Positions 1-12,762 are shown, counted from the stretch's first letter. The stretch is 64,000 nucleotides of DNA from Octopus vulgaris (GCA_951406725.2 OX597823.1:11284001-11348000), one strand, 5' to 3'. The notes: a model not told the origin generated them from the letters alone. Program-made: numbers and translations.

Positions 1-150
1 GAGTTAACTTGGGTATCATGAAATGAATTGCTTTGCTTATGAGCCCAACATACCACTCAGTCCAGGAATCAGCTCCGTGACCTTTTGATTTTAAGCCTAA
101 TATCCTAACCTCTAAGTTATTTGCCTTTGCTTTCTATCTGTCTGTCTCTC

Positions 151-154
<4 letters not shown>

Positions 155-185
<31 letters not shown>

Positions 186-420
186 TGAGAGAGACAATAT
201 ATATATATACTAAGAGAGACAATATATATATTTCCATAAACCTGCCTTCGTCTTTTGTCTATTTTCATAAAGCTTCCCGTTATATATATATATGTATGTA
301 TGTATGTATGTATATATATATATATAAATATGTATGTATGTATATACATATATATATATATGTATGTATATATATATATATATATATGTATATAAATATA
401 TATATGTATGTATGTATGTA

Positions 421-456
<36 letters not shown>

Positions 457-478
457 TATATATATATATGTATGTATA

Positions 479-510
<32 letters not shown>

Positions 511-513
511 GTA

Positions 514-604
<91 letters not shown>

Positions 605-720
605 GTATGTATGTGTGTATATATATATGTGTGTGTATATATGTATGTATATCTATATATATATATATTTATATACAGTGTGTGTGTGTATATATTATAT
701 ATACACACATACACACGCAC
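155..720. repeat. (TA)n/(TATG)n compound microsatellite
   Basis: Direct reading; the source of the overlapping YI/IH-rich pseudo-ORFs. Confidence 0.97.
231..281 (+). mobile_element. Terminal fragment of small repeat family P1 (same family as 4501-4582 and 59098-59240)
   Basis: cctgccttcgtcttttgtctattttcataaagcttcccgtt recurs near 4540-4582 and as a reverse complement from 59098; it always abuts (TA)n. Confidence 0.75.
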
Positions 721-1677
721 ATATCAATCTCTAAATAATTAATGACAACCACTTTCGATTTTACAACATAAGAGATTAATTATATTTGTCTTTTGTTATG
801 TTCATTATGAATATTCACAATTCAGTTTAGAATATTTATCGAAATAGTATCTAATGGTTAACTGACTTAACGAATGCAGGATTAATGAAAATCAGCCACA
901 GTAACCTATCATTGTCCAATTATTCCCATCCTTGCCAGTCTTTCTTGCCCCTTCTACTGCCACTCTAATGCAGATATGGAACAAGTATTATGGCTGTTGT
1001 CAATTTTATTTTGTGATAAATGTGATAAATTTCACCTACCATATATTCTGTTTATTAACAATGATATATTTTATTCAACCAAGTAATATATTTGTGAAAA
1101 ATTTACACCACATTCACCACCATAACTGGAAATAAAAGTGGCCGGGTACCATAAATATCTCTATCACATTATAGTCTATCACTCATAATTTAAGGTAAAA
1201 GTAGGTCATATTTAGAATTATTCTTTCCATTATATAAAGATAATTGTCTTTTTCTTGCAAAAAATGAAAATATAATAAATTTGGCATTTAATTTTGTGTT
1301 AAATTTCTATTTCAAAATTGGAGTGTATGTTAAGATTAAATAGTTTATTTCACTTGGTATGAAGTTTCTAATCTCTCTCACTCCCTCTCTCCCTTTCCCC
1401 TCTCTCTCTTTCTCCCTGTCTCTCTCTGTTTTTTTGAAAATCAAAATAGATATTTTGTAATTACAATATCAATGAATACTTGCACTATGATAGATATTAC
1501 CCTGTATTTTACAAATTCATCATCATTAAGTAGAATTAATTGTAATTGTGATCATTTTGTTTTATTTAATTATGCTCTCCATACAGGTAAATCAGTCAAA
1601 GTCAAACCCCAAAATATTGATTTATAATTGATAACTAAGGTGACCATCATATCTACTGAAACGAATCACGTGCATGC

Positions 1678-1702
1678 ACACACGCACACGTTCTCTCACA
1701 CG

Positions 1703-1778
<76 letters not shown>
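1678..1778. repeat. (CA)n microsatellite
   Basis: Direct reading. Confidence 0.97.
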
Positions 1779-1781
<3 letters not shown>

Positions 1782-2893
1782 ATTTACACATACACTCAGA
1801 CATATGTATGTATACACATGCATCCAAAACCTCTCTGCATGGTGGCAGATCATAAATCATCATTAATGTTGTCGTATATGTATCATTTTATTTAATATAT
1901 GATGGGGTGTATTTATTTAAGGCAATAACCATATCAAGCTTAATATTTTTATACATTTTTCATCAATGATAGATTTGATGAACTTGTAAATTACAGGTAT
2001 TCAAGAGATGTTTTTACAGTATAAGAAGTATTGCTAAATCAAAAATGATTAACTGCTTCATGACAGCACCAAATTTTAAGCATGTAAAATAGTAGAAAGA
2101 CTACAGCAATGACTGCTACACTAAAGTATGAGCATGGATTGTCTGTACATTAAGTAGTAGCAGTAGTAAGACTAAAAAGGCGACCAATACAAAACAATAT
2201 ACCACAGTGAATGTATTGATGGAAATATACATCTTGAACTCTCGCTTTAGTGCATTTAATATAAAAATTATAGTTCTAACCATGATGCTTTAATTTAACA
2301 ATGCATATCCGAAATGCTTCAGAAATGCTACTCGTTCGAGTAAAATTTTCTTTTACAACATTAAAAAAAAATTGATGATGTTTTTATTGATTTGAATACA
2401 ATAGAAAGAAAATAATATAGTGATTGAAGTTTAAAAACATAACTTCTCCTTAATCTAATCTGAGGACATTGTGAAAATAAATTCCTTTGAAGTAGCTATT
2501 TAATAAGTGATGCTAAGGACAGCTTTAATTTATGTATTATTCAATTATATAAATATCACTGATTTATATGTTGTCCTTAACTCCAGGACAACATACAGAC
2601 CATGAATACTGTAATATGTTAATATTACTCTGAAGGAATACTGTAGTATGTCTATAGTTTTGTAGCTGTGTTCGTAATGAAGCACACTACTTGTGTATTT
2701 CAAATAATTTCAAGAATAATCTAGAATTTGAATGATTTTAATAAAATTAAATGAATTTGCTATAATTAAGTTGGTGCTTGAAACATAATTTAGCAAAGAG
2801 ATTTGGCATAAATTTATGAAGAAATGTTTTAATCTAAATAGGAACATCTAAATGAGGTGTTTTGTAACAGAGGTGGTCTTGGGTAGGTTGGTA

Positions 2894-3310
2894 TACTCTT
2901 ACTCTTTTACTCTTTTACTTGTTTCAGTCATTTGACTGCGGCCAGGCTGGAGCACCGCCTTTAGTCGAGCATATCGACCCCAGGACTTATTCTTTGTAAG
3001 CCCAGTACTTATTCTATCGGTCTCTTTTGCCGAACCGCTAAGTGACAGGAACGTAAACACACCAGCATCGGTTGTCAAGCAATGCTAGGGGGACAAACAC
3101 ACAAACATATACACACACATACGTATATATATATATATATATACATATATACGATAGGCTTCTTTCAGTTTCTGTCTACCAAATCCACTCACAAGGCATT
3201 GGTCGGCCCGGGGCTATAGCAGAAGACACTTGCCCAAGATGCCACACAGTGGGACTGAACCCGGAACCATGTGGTTGGTAAGCAAGCTACTTACCACACA
3301 GCCACTCCTG
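2894..3310 (-). mobile_element. tRNA-derived CORE-type SINE, family A
   Basis: A/B-box-like head (TGGCTGTGTGG ... GGTTCAGTCCC), CORE-like gtggcatcttgggcaagtgtctt, internal (TA)(TG) microsatellite and (GTAAAAGA)n tail; about 20 near-identical copies in the window. Confidence 0.93.
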
Positions 3311-3777
3311 GTATAAAAGCATTTAATATAAATAGCTACTTGGATATATACATAAATACACATACACATGCACACAGACACATACACGCAGATACACACA
3401 GGCACACACTGCACAGACATGTGTACAGAGAGATGGATAAATAGATATCATCTACTATCATTGTCATCATCATTATCATGTTCATCTTTCTATGCTAGCA
3501 TAGATTGGAAGGGTCTTCACAGTCCAAGTTGTCTCTCATTGAGAGTTACAGCTTACGATGACTAGGTACTCATAAGTAAAATTTAGTTTGGTTTCTGTGA
3601 CTGGATGCCCTTCTTAATGTTAAACACTTCACAGAGTGTGCAGTGTGCATGCACTTATGCCATTATCACAAAAGAAGTTGATTAGTCCTTAATGATACAG
3701 GACTAGAAAGACCTCGTAACTTTACACTTTCAATGCTGATTTAGCCAATCACTTTACTTTACAGTGTGAAGAGTAAA

Positions 3778-3947
3778 GGCGCAGGAGTGGCTGTGTGGTA
3801 AGTAGCTTGCTAACCAACCACATGGTTCCGGGTTCAGTCCCACTGCGTGGCATCTTGGGCAAGTGTCTTCTGCTATAGCCCCGGGCCGACCAATGCCTTG
3901 TGAGTGGATTTGGTTGACGGAAACTGAAAGAAGCTTGTCGTGTATAT

Positions 3948-3987
<40 letters not shown>

Positions 3988-4177
3988 TTGTGTGTCTGTG
4001 TTTGTCCCCTAGCATTGCTTGACAACCGATGCTGGTGTGTTTACGTCCCTGTCACTTAGCGGTTCGGCAAAAGAGACCGATAGAATAAGTACTCGACTAA
4101 AGGCGGTGTTCCAGCATGGCCGCAGTCAAATGACTGAAACAAGTAAAAGAGTAAAAGAGAGAGTAAGAGTAAAGAGT
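3778..4177 (+). mobile_element. SINE family A (small internal deletion)
   Basis: Same consensus; the 5' flank aagagtaaag matches the tail (TSD or microhomology). Confidence 0.93.
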
Positions 4178-4500
4178 AGATGAAGTGGGGCGAGCTTGTA
4201 CACAGGTAAATGTGAATCTGGAAAGAGAAAGATGATAGAACACCCACACAGAAGGGGATGGAATGATTATTGCAGAATTAGGAATATAGGAGTGAATGTA
4301 GTCATAGAAAGTTCTAGACAGATTAGAGCATATGATCAGAAAGGGGAATTGGAAAGATAGAAGATAAAGCACTATGATATGCAAAGAATTAAGGTAAGCA
4401 CCAAGCATATAAGTGTGTGTGTGTGTGTGTATAATAATAATGATAAGAGGTGACAATTAAAAGACTGAGACCTCGATATTAGGTAAATAGAGGATTATTG

Positions 4501-4581
4501 TTTGTATTCCACCTGCCTTCGTCTTTTGTTTATTTCCGTAAACCTGCCTTCATCTTTTGTCTATTTTCATAAAGCTTCCCG

Positions 4582-4582
<1 letters not shown>
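4501..4582 (+). mobile_element. Family P1 terminal fragment with short internal duplication
   Basis: acctgccttc(g/a)tcttttgt occurs twice, then cataaagcttcccgtt runs into (TA)n. Confidence 0.7.
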
Positions 4583-4645
<63 letters not shown>

Positions 4646-4647
4646 AA

Positions 4648-4880
4648 AGTTAATCCAAACAAGAAAACACAAAAAAAAACCCACAAAAAAACACAAAAAA
4701 AAACACAACAACGCGAGGACGTGGAACAAATAAAGTATTATTGGACGCTCAGGAAAGAAGGGAAGAAGGAGGGTTTAACGTTTCGAGCGGAGCTCTTCGT
4801 CGGAAACATAGGAGAAGGAAAGATCCCGAGAAGGGAAGACAGAGGGAAAAAATCGCCAGTGGTACTCACGAGGTCACATT
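4648..4880 (-). mobile_element. Small Penelope-like-type repeat (P2) carrying a hammerhead motif
   Basis: GC-richer insert between microsatellites; shares gtggaa...gtatta...ctcagga and the ribozyme motif with P1. Confidence 0.6.
4773..4807 (-). ncRNA. Minimal type-I hammerhead ribozyme-like motif (U4C core variant)
   Basis: Minus strand GTTT CCGACGA A GAGC tcc GCTC GAAAC GTT AAAC: stem I GTTT/AAAC, stem II GAGC/GCTC, GUU site. Confidence 0.65.
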
Positions 4881-5008
4881 TACCCACACATATGCACATA
4901 CACACATATGGTTGTGCGTGTGCGTGTGTGTGCATATATATATATCATTACTTAATGTCCTAGTTCCATAATGTTTTAGGTTGTGTGCTTTGGCATAGAT
5001 AGATAGAT

Positions 5009-5039
<31 letters not shown>

Positions 5040-5084
5040 TAATAGTAGTTATAATTATGTTATTAATACATATGTAGGGCTCAG

Positions 5085-5352
5085 GTCTGGCAATAGCAGT
5101 AGGACTCATAATGCTGAAGAACCCGGTTTCCATGGCATTTTAGTAACTGAGATTACAACACACCCCACTGAATGGGATACAGATCCATTGCAGTGTTAAC
5201 ACCCACTCCCCACCACTATTGCTGGTACTCATTTTTAGCTGAGTGGACAGGAGCAATGTGAAATGAAGTGGTTTTGCTGAAGGCCACAATGCACCACCTA
5301 GTCCAGGGATCTTACGATTGTGAGTGCAATGCCCAAACCAGTAAGTCCTGCA
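5085..5352 (-). mobile_element. Old tRNA-derived SINE (family F)
   Basis: cacttcatttcacattgctcctgtccactcagct motif; related copies at about 20-125, 10910-11200, 33775-33978 and 41720-41850. Confidence 0.65.
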
Positions 5353-5444
5353 GCTTCATAGTATATGTAAAATATATATAAAAAGATATATTAATATATA
5401 TAAATATATCTTTACATAATATATACAAATAGTGTATATACAGA

Positions 5445-5785
5445 GGTGCAGGAGTGGCTGTGTGGTAAGTAGCTTGCTAACCAGCCACATGGTTCCGGGC
5501 ACAGTCCCACTGTGTGGCATCTTGGGCAAGTGTCTTCTGCTAAAGCCCCGGGCCGACCAATGCCTTGTGAGTGGATTTGGTAGACGGAAACTGAAAGAAG
5601 CCTGTCGTATATATATATATATCATCATCATCATCATCATCATCGTTTAGCGTCCACTTTCCATGCTAGCATGGGTTGGACAGTTCAACTGGGGTCTGGG
5701 AAGCCAGAAGGCTGCACCAGGCCCAGTCTGATCTGGCAATGTTTCTACGGCTGGATGCCCTTCCTAACGCCAACCACTCCATGAG

Positions 5786-5822
<37 letters not shown>

Positions 5823-6038
5823 TTGTGTTTGTGTGTCTGTGTTTGTCCCCCTAGCATTGCTTGACAACCGATGCTGGTGTGTTTACATCCCCCGTCACTT
5901 AGCGGTTCAGCAAAAGAGACCGATAGAATAAGTACTGGGCTTACAAAGAATAAGTCCCGGGGTCGATTTGCTCGACTAAAGGCGGTGCTCCAGCATGGCT
6001 GCAATCAAATGACTGAAACAAGTAAAAGAGTAAAAGAG
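5445..6038 (+). mobile_element. SINE family A with a nested family B insertion
   Basis: Full family A consensus interrupted within its central microsatellite. Confidence 0.92.
5622..5786 (-). mobile_element. Family B 3' end (probable RTE-type LINE 3'UTR or dependent SINE)
   Basis: ggcgttaggaagggcatccagc ... ccatgctagcatgg hairpin ... (GAT)n tail. Confidence 0.85.
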
Positions 6039-6456
6039 TATACAATATATATAGTATCGCATCATCATTTGCAGCCCCTTTACCCTACTGGCATGGGTTG
6101 CATGGTTCAGCAAGAAAAGGCAGGTCAGAAGGCTGCACCAGGTTCTATGTCTGCTAGATGTCCTTCCTAATGTTGACTTAAGAGTGTACTGGGTGCTTTT
6201 TATGTGGCACCAGCACCAGTGACATCACCAAGTACCCACATGACAGGGCCCATCAACTAAATGTGCTATTAAATAGAGGGATAGGAGTAAGTGTCTTGCT
6301 GAAGAGGTGAATAGATAACTTGTTCACCTGAAAAGAGAGAGAAAGTGATGTGAGGAACAGGTACATAGTGAATATGAGACAGAATAGGATATAGAACCAG
6401 AAAAAGTGGATGTGTAGGTAAGTTCACTGAGTGACTGATGATGAGATATAGGGAAT

Positions 6457-6813
6457 GCATGGTTCTTTGGGCAAGTGTCTTCTACAATAGCCCTGCTCCA
6501 ACTGAGGCTTTTTAAGTGGATATGGTGGACAGAATCCCATCTTTCTCTCTCTCTCACTCTTTCTCTCTCTATCTTACACACACAGAGATAGGTGAGTTTA
6601 TGTTACTGTTCCCTTACCTTGACATGAACGTGATAGTTGTAATCAAGCGTCACCATCGTGCTGGTGGTATCCTTTGTTTCCTATCTTCTTATATATATTT
6701 TGTCATTGGGAAATATTACTTTTCTTGCAAACACATGAGGGTTGGTGACAGGAAGTGCAACCATCTATAGAAAATCCCCCTCAACAAATTTCATCTGACC
6801 CATGCAAGAATGG
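6457..6813 (+). mobile_element. Degenerate SINE (family G) with CORE-like body and family-B-like tail
   Basis: tttgggcaagtgtcttctac ... ggttggtgacaggaag ... gacccatgcaagaatgg; second copy at 44568-44990. Confidence 0.6.
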
Positions 6814-7079
6814 CACTCATACTTTAATGATTAAATATACAGTATTGTATAAAAGAAAATAGATAAAAGTTGTTCTATTACCTGTAAGATTTGAATGCTG
6901 CATTTACTCTAAGCTGTATATTTTTTCTAACCAAAATGTCATAAACAACATTGACATCACTCCAGGGCATTCAAGAACATCTGTTTCCCATTTGTCCTTA
7001 GTGTTTCTTGGTCTTGTGCTTCTGCTACATGCAAAATTTACTTTCTATGTCAACTTTCCTGTGATCCCAATGAACCTTT

Positions 7080-7302
7080 CATGTTGTACTCGGCTTTTGT
7101 AAATCTTGAGAAAGCCTACAATAAGATTTCTTTCTTGATCTAATGATCACAATGAAAACTAAGAATACCTGGAGAGGGCCATCCTAACCATAAGTAGAGG
7201 TGCTGTTAGTAAGCTGGGAGTTAATGAGAACCACAACAAATTTATTGTGTTAGTAGGAGTTCACAAGAGCTTCACTCTCAGTGCCTCACTATTTATCATT
7301 GT
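7080..7302 (+). pseudogene. RTE-type reverse transcriptase fragment
   Basis: Translates AFVNLEKAY ... VGVHKSFTLSASLFIIV (decayed RT motifs). Confidence 0.65.
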
Positions 7303-7304
7303 CA

Positions 7305-9290
7305 AGTCTTTTGTCATTTCCTCCATTTGCTCTTTGTCGTATGTGCATTATAACACTTCACATCAAGCAGAATATACAAGCTTCATTCTTTTCTAGCTTT
7401 TTAATGTCTTCTGCATTTAGGGTTCATGTCTTGCTACTGTGTTGCATTACTGTTTGTCCACAAGTATACAATTTGCTTTTCTTTTTCGCAAGAAAGAACT
7501 TTTGTTATCAACAGAGGTAATAATTCTCTTAACTTTCTCCATTTGGTTCTCCTTCTAGCAACTATCTTTTGAGAACATCTTCCACTGCTGATTAGGTCAC
7601 CTAAGTAGCAGAAACTAGCTACTACCGCCAGTAAATCTTCTAGGCATTCAAGGGAATCTATTTCTGTGTGTGTTCTTAGTGGTTATTGCTTTTGTACATT
7701 TGCCACAAAGTCTGCTTTCTCTGTAACCTTCTTATGATCCAACTGCACCTCTTGTTTGTCCATAGCTTGCACTGAATACACTTTATGGAACTTCTGCATA
7801 CACCTTTCTATATAAGGTGTGGAGCTATTTTCCTGAAGGGAGAAGAGTCTTATGTGTTTTCCTGCTGACTAGAAGTTTGATTTTTCTCTAAGTTAATTCT
7901 AAGCCCCTTTCATTCCAGGTTTTGCTTCCACACCTGGAATTAATTTTCTTAATCTGTTTCAGATTCCACTATAAGAATGGTTATCAGTATATAGTAGTTC
8001 ACAAAACGGCTACCAGTCTTTAATTTCTGTTATGGCTGGAAGGATTATAATGGAAAGGATGGGACCAAGCACCAATCCTGGTGAACTCCTATCTTTACGT
8101 TGAATCTGTTTCTGTACTTGTAAACACACATCTTACTGACACCATCCCTGTCAATACGTAGCTTCCTCAGAGACCAGTAGATCGCAACATCAGAAAGCCT
8201 GTAAAAATCTTTCTTTAGATCATTGAATGCAAGGTACAATTGTTTTATGTGAGCTAAATACTTTTCCTGAAGTTGTCTTACAAGAAAGAGGGTATCGCTA
8301 GTACTTATCTTTGACACAAAATCAATCTGTATCTTATCTAATCTGATTCTCTTCCTAATTAATTGGGCTATAATTTTTTTGGTAACTTTTGTGACCTGGT
8401 TCAACAATTTTATACCTCTGTAATTACATCTCAGACATCTCCTTTATCCCTATAACAGTTGACTTTAATGCTGCTATGCCAGTTTGTGTATAACATCTTC
8501 CTGTATGACCTGATTAACTATATGAATGACTAGGCCATATTCCACACTGGCAGATATTTCAAGCATCTCAGTGATGCTTCTTGATGGACTAGTGGCTTTC
8601 TCCACCTTCATATCCTTAATTGCCTTATCAGTAACACTACAGTTGATAGATGGTCCCTCTGTTGGGTTCATATTGGAAAGACCCTCTTTCTCTCATGGAT
8701 TGGCCATATTTAATAGCCTTTATAGTAGCAATTTCATGCTTCTTTCTTCTCAGTATCCCTGTCTGCAAGTGTACCATTATTCATCAACACACTTCTCACC
8801 CACATCTTGGACCCTCAAGTCTCTTTGATACAGTTTTCCAATCTGGAACACTATATGCCTCAGAGCCTCTCACTTTAAAACTTTGGCAAACCTTTTCCTT
8901 TCTAATTCTTCCATTGCTATGTACACCTCTTCTAGCTCCCTGATATAATTCTTTCATGCCTTCATTTTTCTAGTGTTTCCATTTCTGACTCTTTGCTTTA
9001 ATGGCTCTGTTTACCTCACTATTCCGCCACTGTGTCACCTTTGATCTGGCTAGAACTTTGCACAAGCCTCTGATTTGCTCCATTGCTCTCAGCGGGTTGT
9101 CATGTCGGAGCTTCTAGTTCTCCTCTGAGTTATATACATCCTTATCATCTCCTCTTTTTCAAATGCACCAACTATTACTTCTCTAAATTTATGACTGTTC
9201 ACTGTACATTTATGCTTCCATAATTTTCTTTTCCACACTGGTTTGTGTCTCTGAGTCCTTTAAACTCTATATCTGAAATCACTAACCACT
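7305..9290 (-). pseudogene. Decayed RTE-clade LINE ORF2 (RT region)
   Basis: ORF 8045-8407 (FLVRQLQEKY..LYLAFNDLKKDFYRL..IYWSLRKL..VKIGVHQ) and ORF 8474-8671 (AIKDMKVEKATSP); many stops and frameshifts. Confidence 0.88.
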
Positions 9291-9344
9291 AAACAATAGT
9301 GGGTTCTACATTTTTCACCTATGTAGGACTTTGCATTCACAAGC

Positions 9345-9439
9345 ATACATACAGACATACAAACATACATATATACATACATACATATACACACACACAT
9401 GTACATGCATATATATATATGTATATATATGTATGAATA

Positions 9440-9503
<64 letters not shown>

Positions 9504-9572
9504 TATACAAGTACATACATACATATGTATGTATGTGTATAACTGTGTACGTATATGTGCATGTACATATGT
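9345..9572. repeat. (TA)/(CATA) microsatellite
   Basis: Direct reading. Confidence 0.95.
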
Positions 9573-9961
9573 GTATTACTTATACAGTATTGGTCTCATA
9601 ACAACTGATTCATATTACCAAATGGTTTGATGTTAAAGAACATTCCAAGTATAAAAATGTAAATTTAGGGAGATCAGACGTGACAGAAAGCATGAATGTA
9701 GGTTGGTGTCTTTTTTACTTGAGATCTGAAAATGCGACATTTCATTTATGAGTTGGAGTGATGTCAAAAAGAAAACTGGGATGAAACTCGCGGATGAAAA
9801 AACACAGTCAACATCCACATCTTTGAATATATATAAATGGCTTTTTTTTTTTACTTGAGCAAAACTTATTGGACAACTATATACATTCAAACAGCGGTGC
9901 ATCAGCATGGCCACCGCAGCTCTGAGATGAAACTGCAGAAGAAAAAAATTTATCTGCCTAA

Positions 9962-9999
<38 letters not shown>

Positions 10000-10012
10000 A
10001 TGTATTTATCTA

Positions 10013-10069
<57 letters not shown>

Positions 10070-10160
10070 ATAGATAGATTTATACGTATGTGTAGATAGA
10101 TATAGACATATATGATGTGTATGTATGTGTGTGTATATATATATATATATATATAGAGAG

Positions 10161-10213
<53 letters not shown>
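9962..10213. repeat. (CT)(CTAT)(TA)(GATA) compound microsatellite
   Basis: Direct reading. Confidence 0.95.
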
Positions 10214-10214
<1 letters not shown>

Positions 10215-10230
10215 ACAGGTGTATTTATAT

Positions 10231-10440
10231 ATCTTTTATTTTTTACAAGTTTCAGTCATTAGATTCTAGCACTGCCTTGAAGAATTTTTAGTCGAATCTA
10301 TCAGCTCCAGTACTTAGTTTTTTTTAAAGTCTGGTTACTTATTCTATCAATTTCTTTTGCCAAACCTCTAAGTCACAGGGATGTAAACACACTATCACTG
10401 GTTGTCAAGTGGTGGTGGGACAACAGAGACACAATGACAT
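10231..10440 (-). mobile_element. Older SINE family A 3' half
   Basis: Diverged match to the family A tail region. Confidence 0.75.
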
Positions 10441-10460
10441 ACATTCATATATATACTATA

Positions 10461-10875
10461 GGCACAGGAGTGGCTGTGTGGTAAGTAGCTTGCTAACCAA
10501 CCACATGGTTCCGGGTTCAGTCCCACTGCATGGCATCTTGGGCAAGTGTCTTCTGCTATAGCCCCGGGCCGACCAATGCCTTGTGAGTGGATTTGGTAGA
10601 CGGAAACTGAAAGAAGCCTGTCGTATATATGTATATATATATATGTATGTATGTGTGTGTATATATTTGTGTGTCTGTGTTTGTCCCCCTAGCGTTGCTT
10701 GACAACCTTGCTGGTGTGTTTACGTCCCCGTCACTTAGCGGTTCGGCAAAAGAGACTGATAGAATAAGTACTGGGTTTACAAAGAATAAGTTCCGGGGTC
10801 GATTTGCTCGACTAAAGGCGGTGCTCCAGCATGGCCGCAGTCAAATGACTGAAACAAGTAAAAGAGTAAAAGAGT
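10461..10875 (+). mobile_element. SINE family A
   Basis: Full consensus. Confidence 0.93.
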
Positions 10876-10909
10876 ATACTTGTGTGTGTGTGTGTGTGTG
10901 TGTGAATGT

Positions 10910-11200
10910 GCATGGCTTAGTGGTTGGGATGTTGTGCTCACAACTGTGCGATCATGGGTTTGATACCCAGACTGGATGTTGCATTGTGTTGTTGAGCAAA
11001 GCACTTCATTTCATGTTGCTCTGTGATCATTTCATCATCTGACATGTGGTACATGGTGTGCCTGTACAGGTCATGTCGATATGATGGAGGGAGTGAGCTT
11101 AGGTGAACACAACCATTTGATCACTATAAACAAATCATCTGTGTAGTTGATGGGAAACTGCCGAACCCTCATTCATCATCCAACACTGGGAGAGTCCATG
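10910..11200 (+). mobile_element. Old tRNA-derived SINE (F-like head)
   Basis: A box tggcttagtgg, B-box-like gggtttgatacc, and gagcaaagcacttcatttca. Confidence 0.6.
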
Positions 11201-11259
11201 ATATATAGACATATACATATATTCGGTGGGCCTCTTTCAGTTTCCATCTGCCAAATCCA

Positions 11260-11301
11260 TGCTTTGTGAGTGGATTTGTTAGATGGAAAGTGAAAGAAGC
11301 T

Positions 11302-11368
<67 letters not shown>

Positions 11369-11468
11369 CTTTACTTTGATACTTTGATACTTTGATAGGT
11401 TTCGGCCATTATTGGCCCAGACCATGTCTAACTTAATAGCACCACCTGGTAAATATACACCACCTGTG

Positions 11469-11499
<31 letters not shown>

Positions 11500-11557
11500 A
11501 TATATAAATATATATATATATATCATCATCATCATCATCATCGTCGTTTAACGTCCG

Positions 11558-11623
<66 letters not shown>

Positions 11624-11855
11624 CTATGTATGTATATTAATATATGTGTGTGTTTTTCCCCCACCCCAATCGCTTGACAACTAATGCTGGTGTGTTTATG
11701 TCCCTGTAACTTAGTGGTTCAGCCAAAGAGACCAATAGAATAAGTGCTAGGCTAACAAGGAATAAGTAAGTCCTGGGGTCGATTTGCTCAACTAAAGGTG
11801 GTGCTCCAGCATGGCCACAGTCAAATGACTGAAACAGGTAAAAGAATAAAAGAAT
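11260..11855 (+). mobile_element. 5'-truncated SINE family A with an expanded, invaded microsatellite
   Basis: Family A mid-body and tail flank about 330 bp of microsatellite containing two foreign fragments. Confidence 0.8.
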
Positions 11856-11912
11856 ATATACATGATATTATATGATATATATATATACATACACACACAT
11901 ATATACATATAT

Positions 11913-12075
11913 AGGGTGTGGTTGGAAGGTAAGAAGCTTGCTTCCCAGACACATGGTTCCGGGTTCAGTCCCACTGCATGACAACTTGGGTGAATGTCTT
12001 CTACTATAGCCTCAGGCTGATCTAAGGCATGTGAGTGGATTTGGTAGATGGAAACAGAAAGAAGTTTGTTGTATG
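11913..12075 (+). mobile_element. SINE family A 5' half (diverged)
   Basis: Head and CORE-like region only. Confidence 0.8.
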
Positions 12076-12114
<39 letters not shown>

Positions 12115-12119
<5 letters not shown>

Positions 12120-12416
12120 AGGGACTAAAGCCATCTGAATATGGCTAGGGACAGGGCAGGGTGGTGGGGGTGTTACTGTTGCATTTAGCCCCAGGCGAAC
12201 ATCGACGTCACCAGAAAGGCTCGACACCGTCACGGTGCCCTAAACCTGCAAAGGGAGGTAATTCCCCGATTACCTCCCTTTGCAGGTTTAGGGCACCGTG
12301 ACGGTGTCGAGCCTTTCTGGTGACGTCGATGTTCGCCTGGGGCTAAATGCAACAGTAACACCCCCACCACCCTGCCCTGTCCCTAGCCATATTCAGATGG
12401 CTTTAGTCCCTTATGT
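12115..12416. repeat. Perfect palindrome with 148-bp arms and a 6-bp spacer
   Basis: Arms 12115-12262 and 12269-12416, spacer tccccg; the ORF track shows the same 40-aa peptide on both strands. Confidence 0.96.
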
Positions 12417-12461
12417 TATCGAGCAGTTACTGTCTATATCCCTTTTAGAGAATTATTATTG

Positions 12462-12498
<37 letters not shown>

Positions 12499-12502
<4 letters not shown>

Positions 12503-12723
12503 CTTTACTTTTACTTTTACTTGTTTCAGTCATTTGACTGCGGCCATGCTGGAGCACCGCCTTTAATCGAGCAACTCGACCCCGGGACTTATTCTTTTGT
12601 AAGCCCAGTACTTATTCTATCGGTCTCTTTTTGCCGAACTGCTAAGTGACGGGGACATAAACACACCAGCATCGGTTGTCAAGCAATGCTAGGGGGGACA
12701 AACACAGACACACAAACATACAA

Positions 12724-12762
<39 letters not shown>

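Noticed and set aside
134-742. Overlapping 70-180 aa YI/IH/VC-rich ORFs here and at 9.3, 46.7 and 58.9 kb
   Set aside because: They are translations of (TA)n/(TG)n microsatellites, which lack stop codons in several frames.
1041-1125. Minus-strand exon with strong acceptor (tttatttccag) and donor (gtaggt)
   Set aside because: Stops in all three frames, so it could only be non-coding, and nothing else supports it.
12115-12416. Hammerhead motif in the 302-bp palindrome
   Set aside because: No CUGANGA-stem-GAAA arrangement was found on either strand.
12012-12537. Divergent pair of identical small genes (MTVSSLSGDVDV...)
   Set aside because: This follows directly from the palindrome; both ORFs use GTG starts and run into microsatellite.
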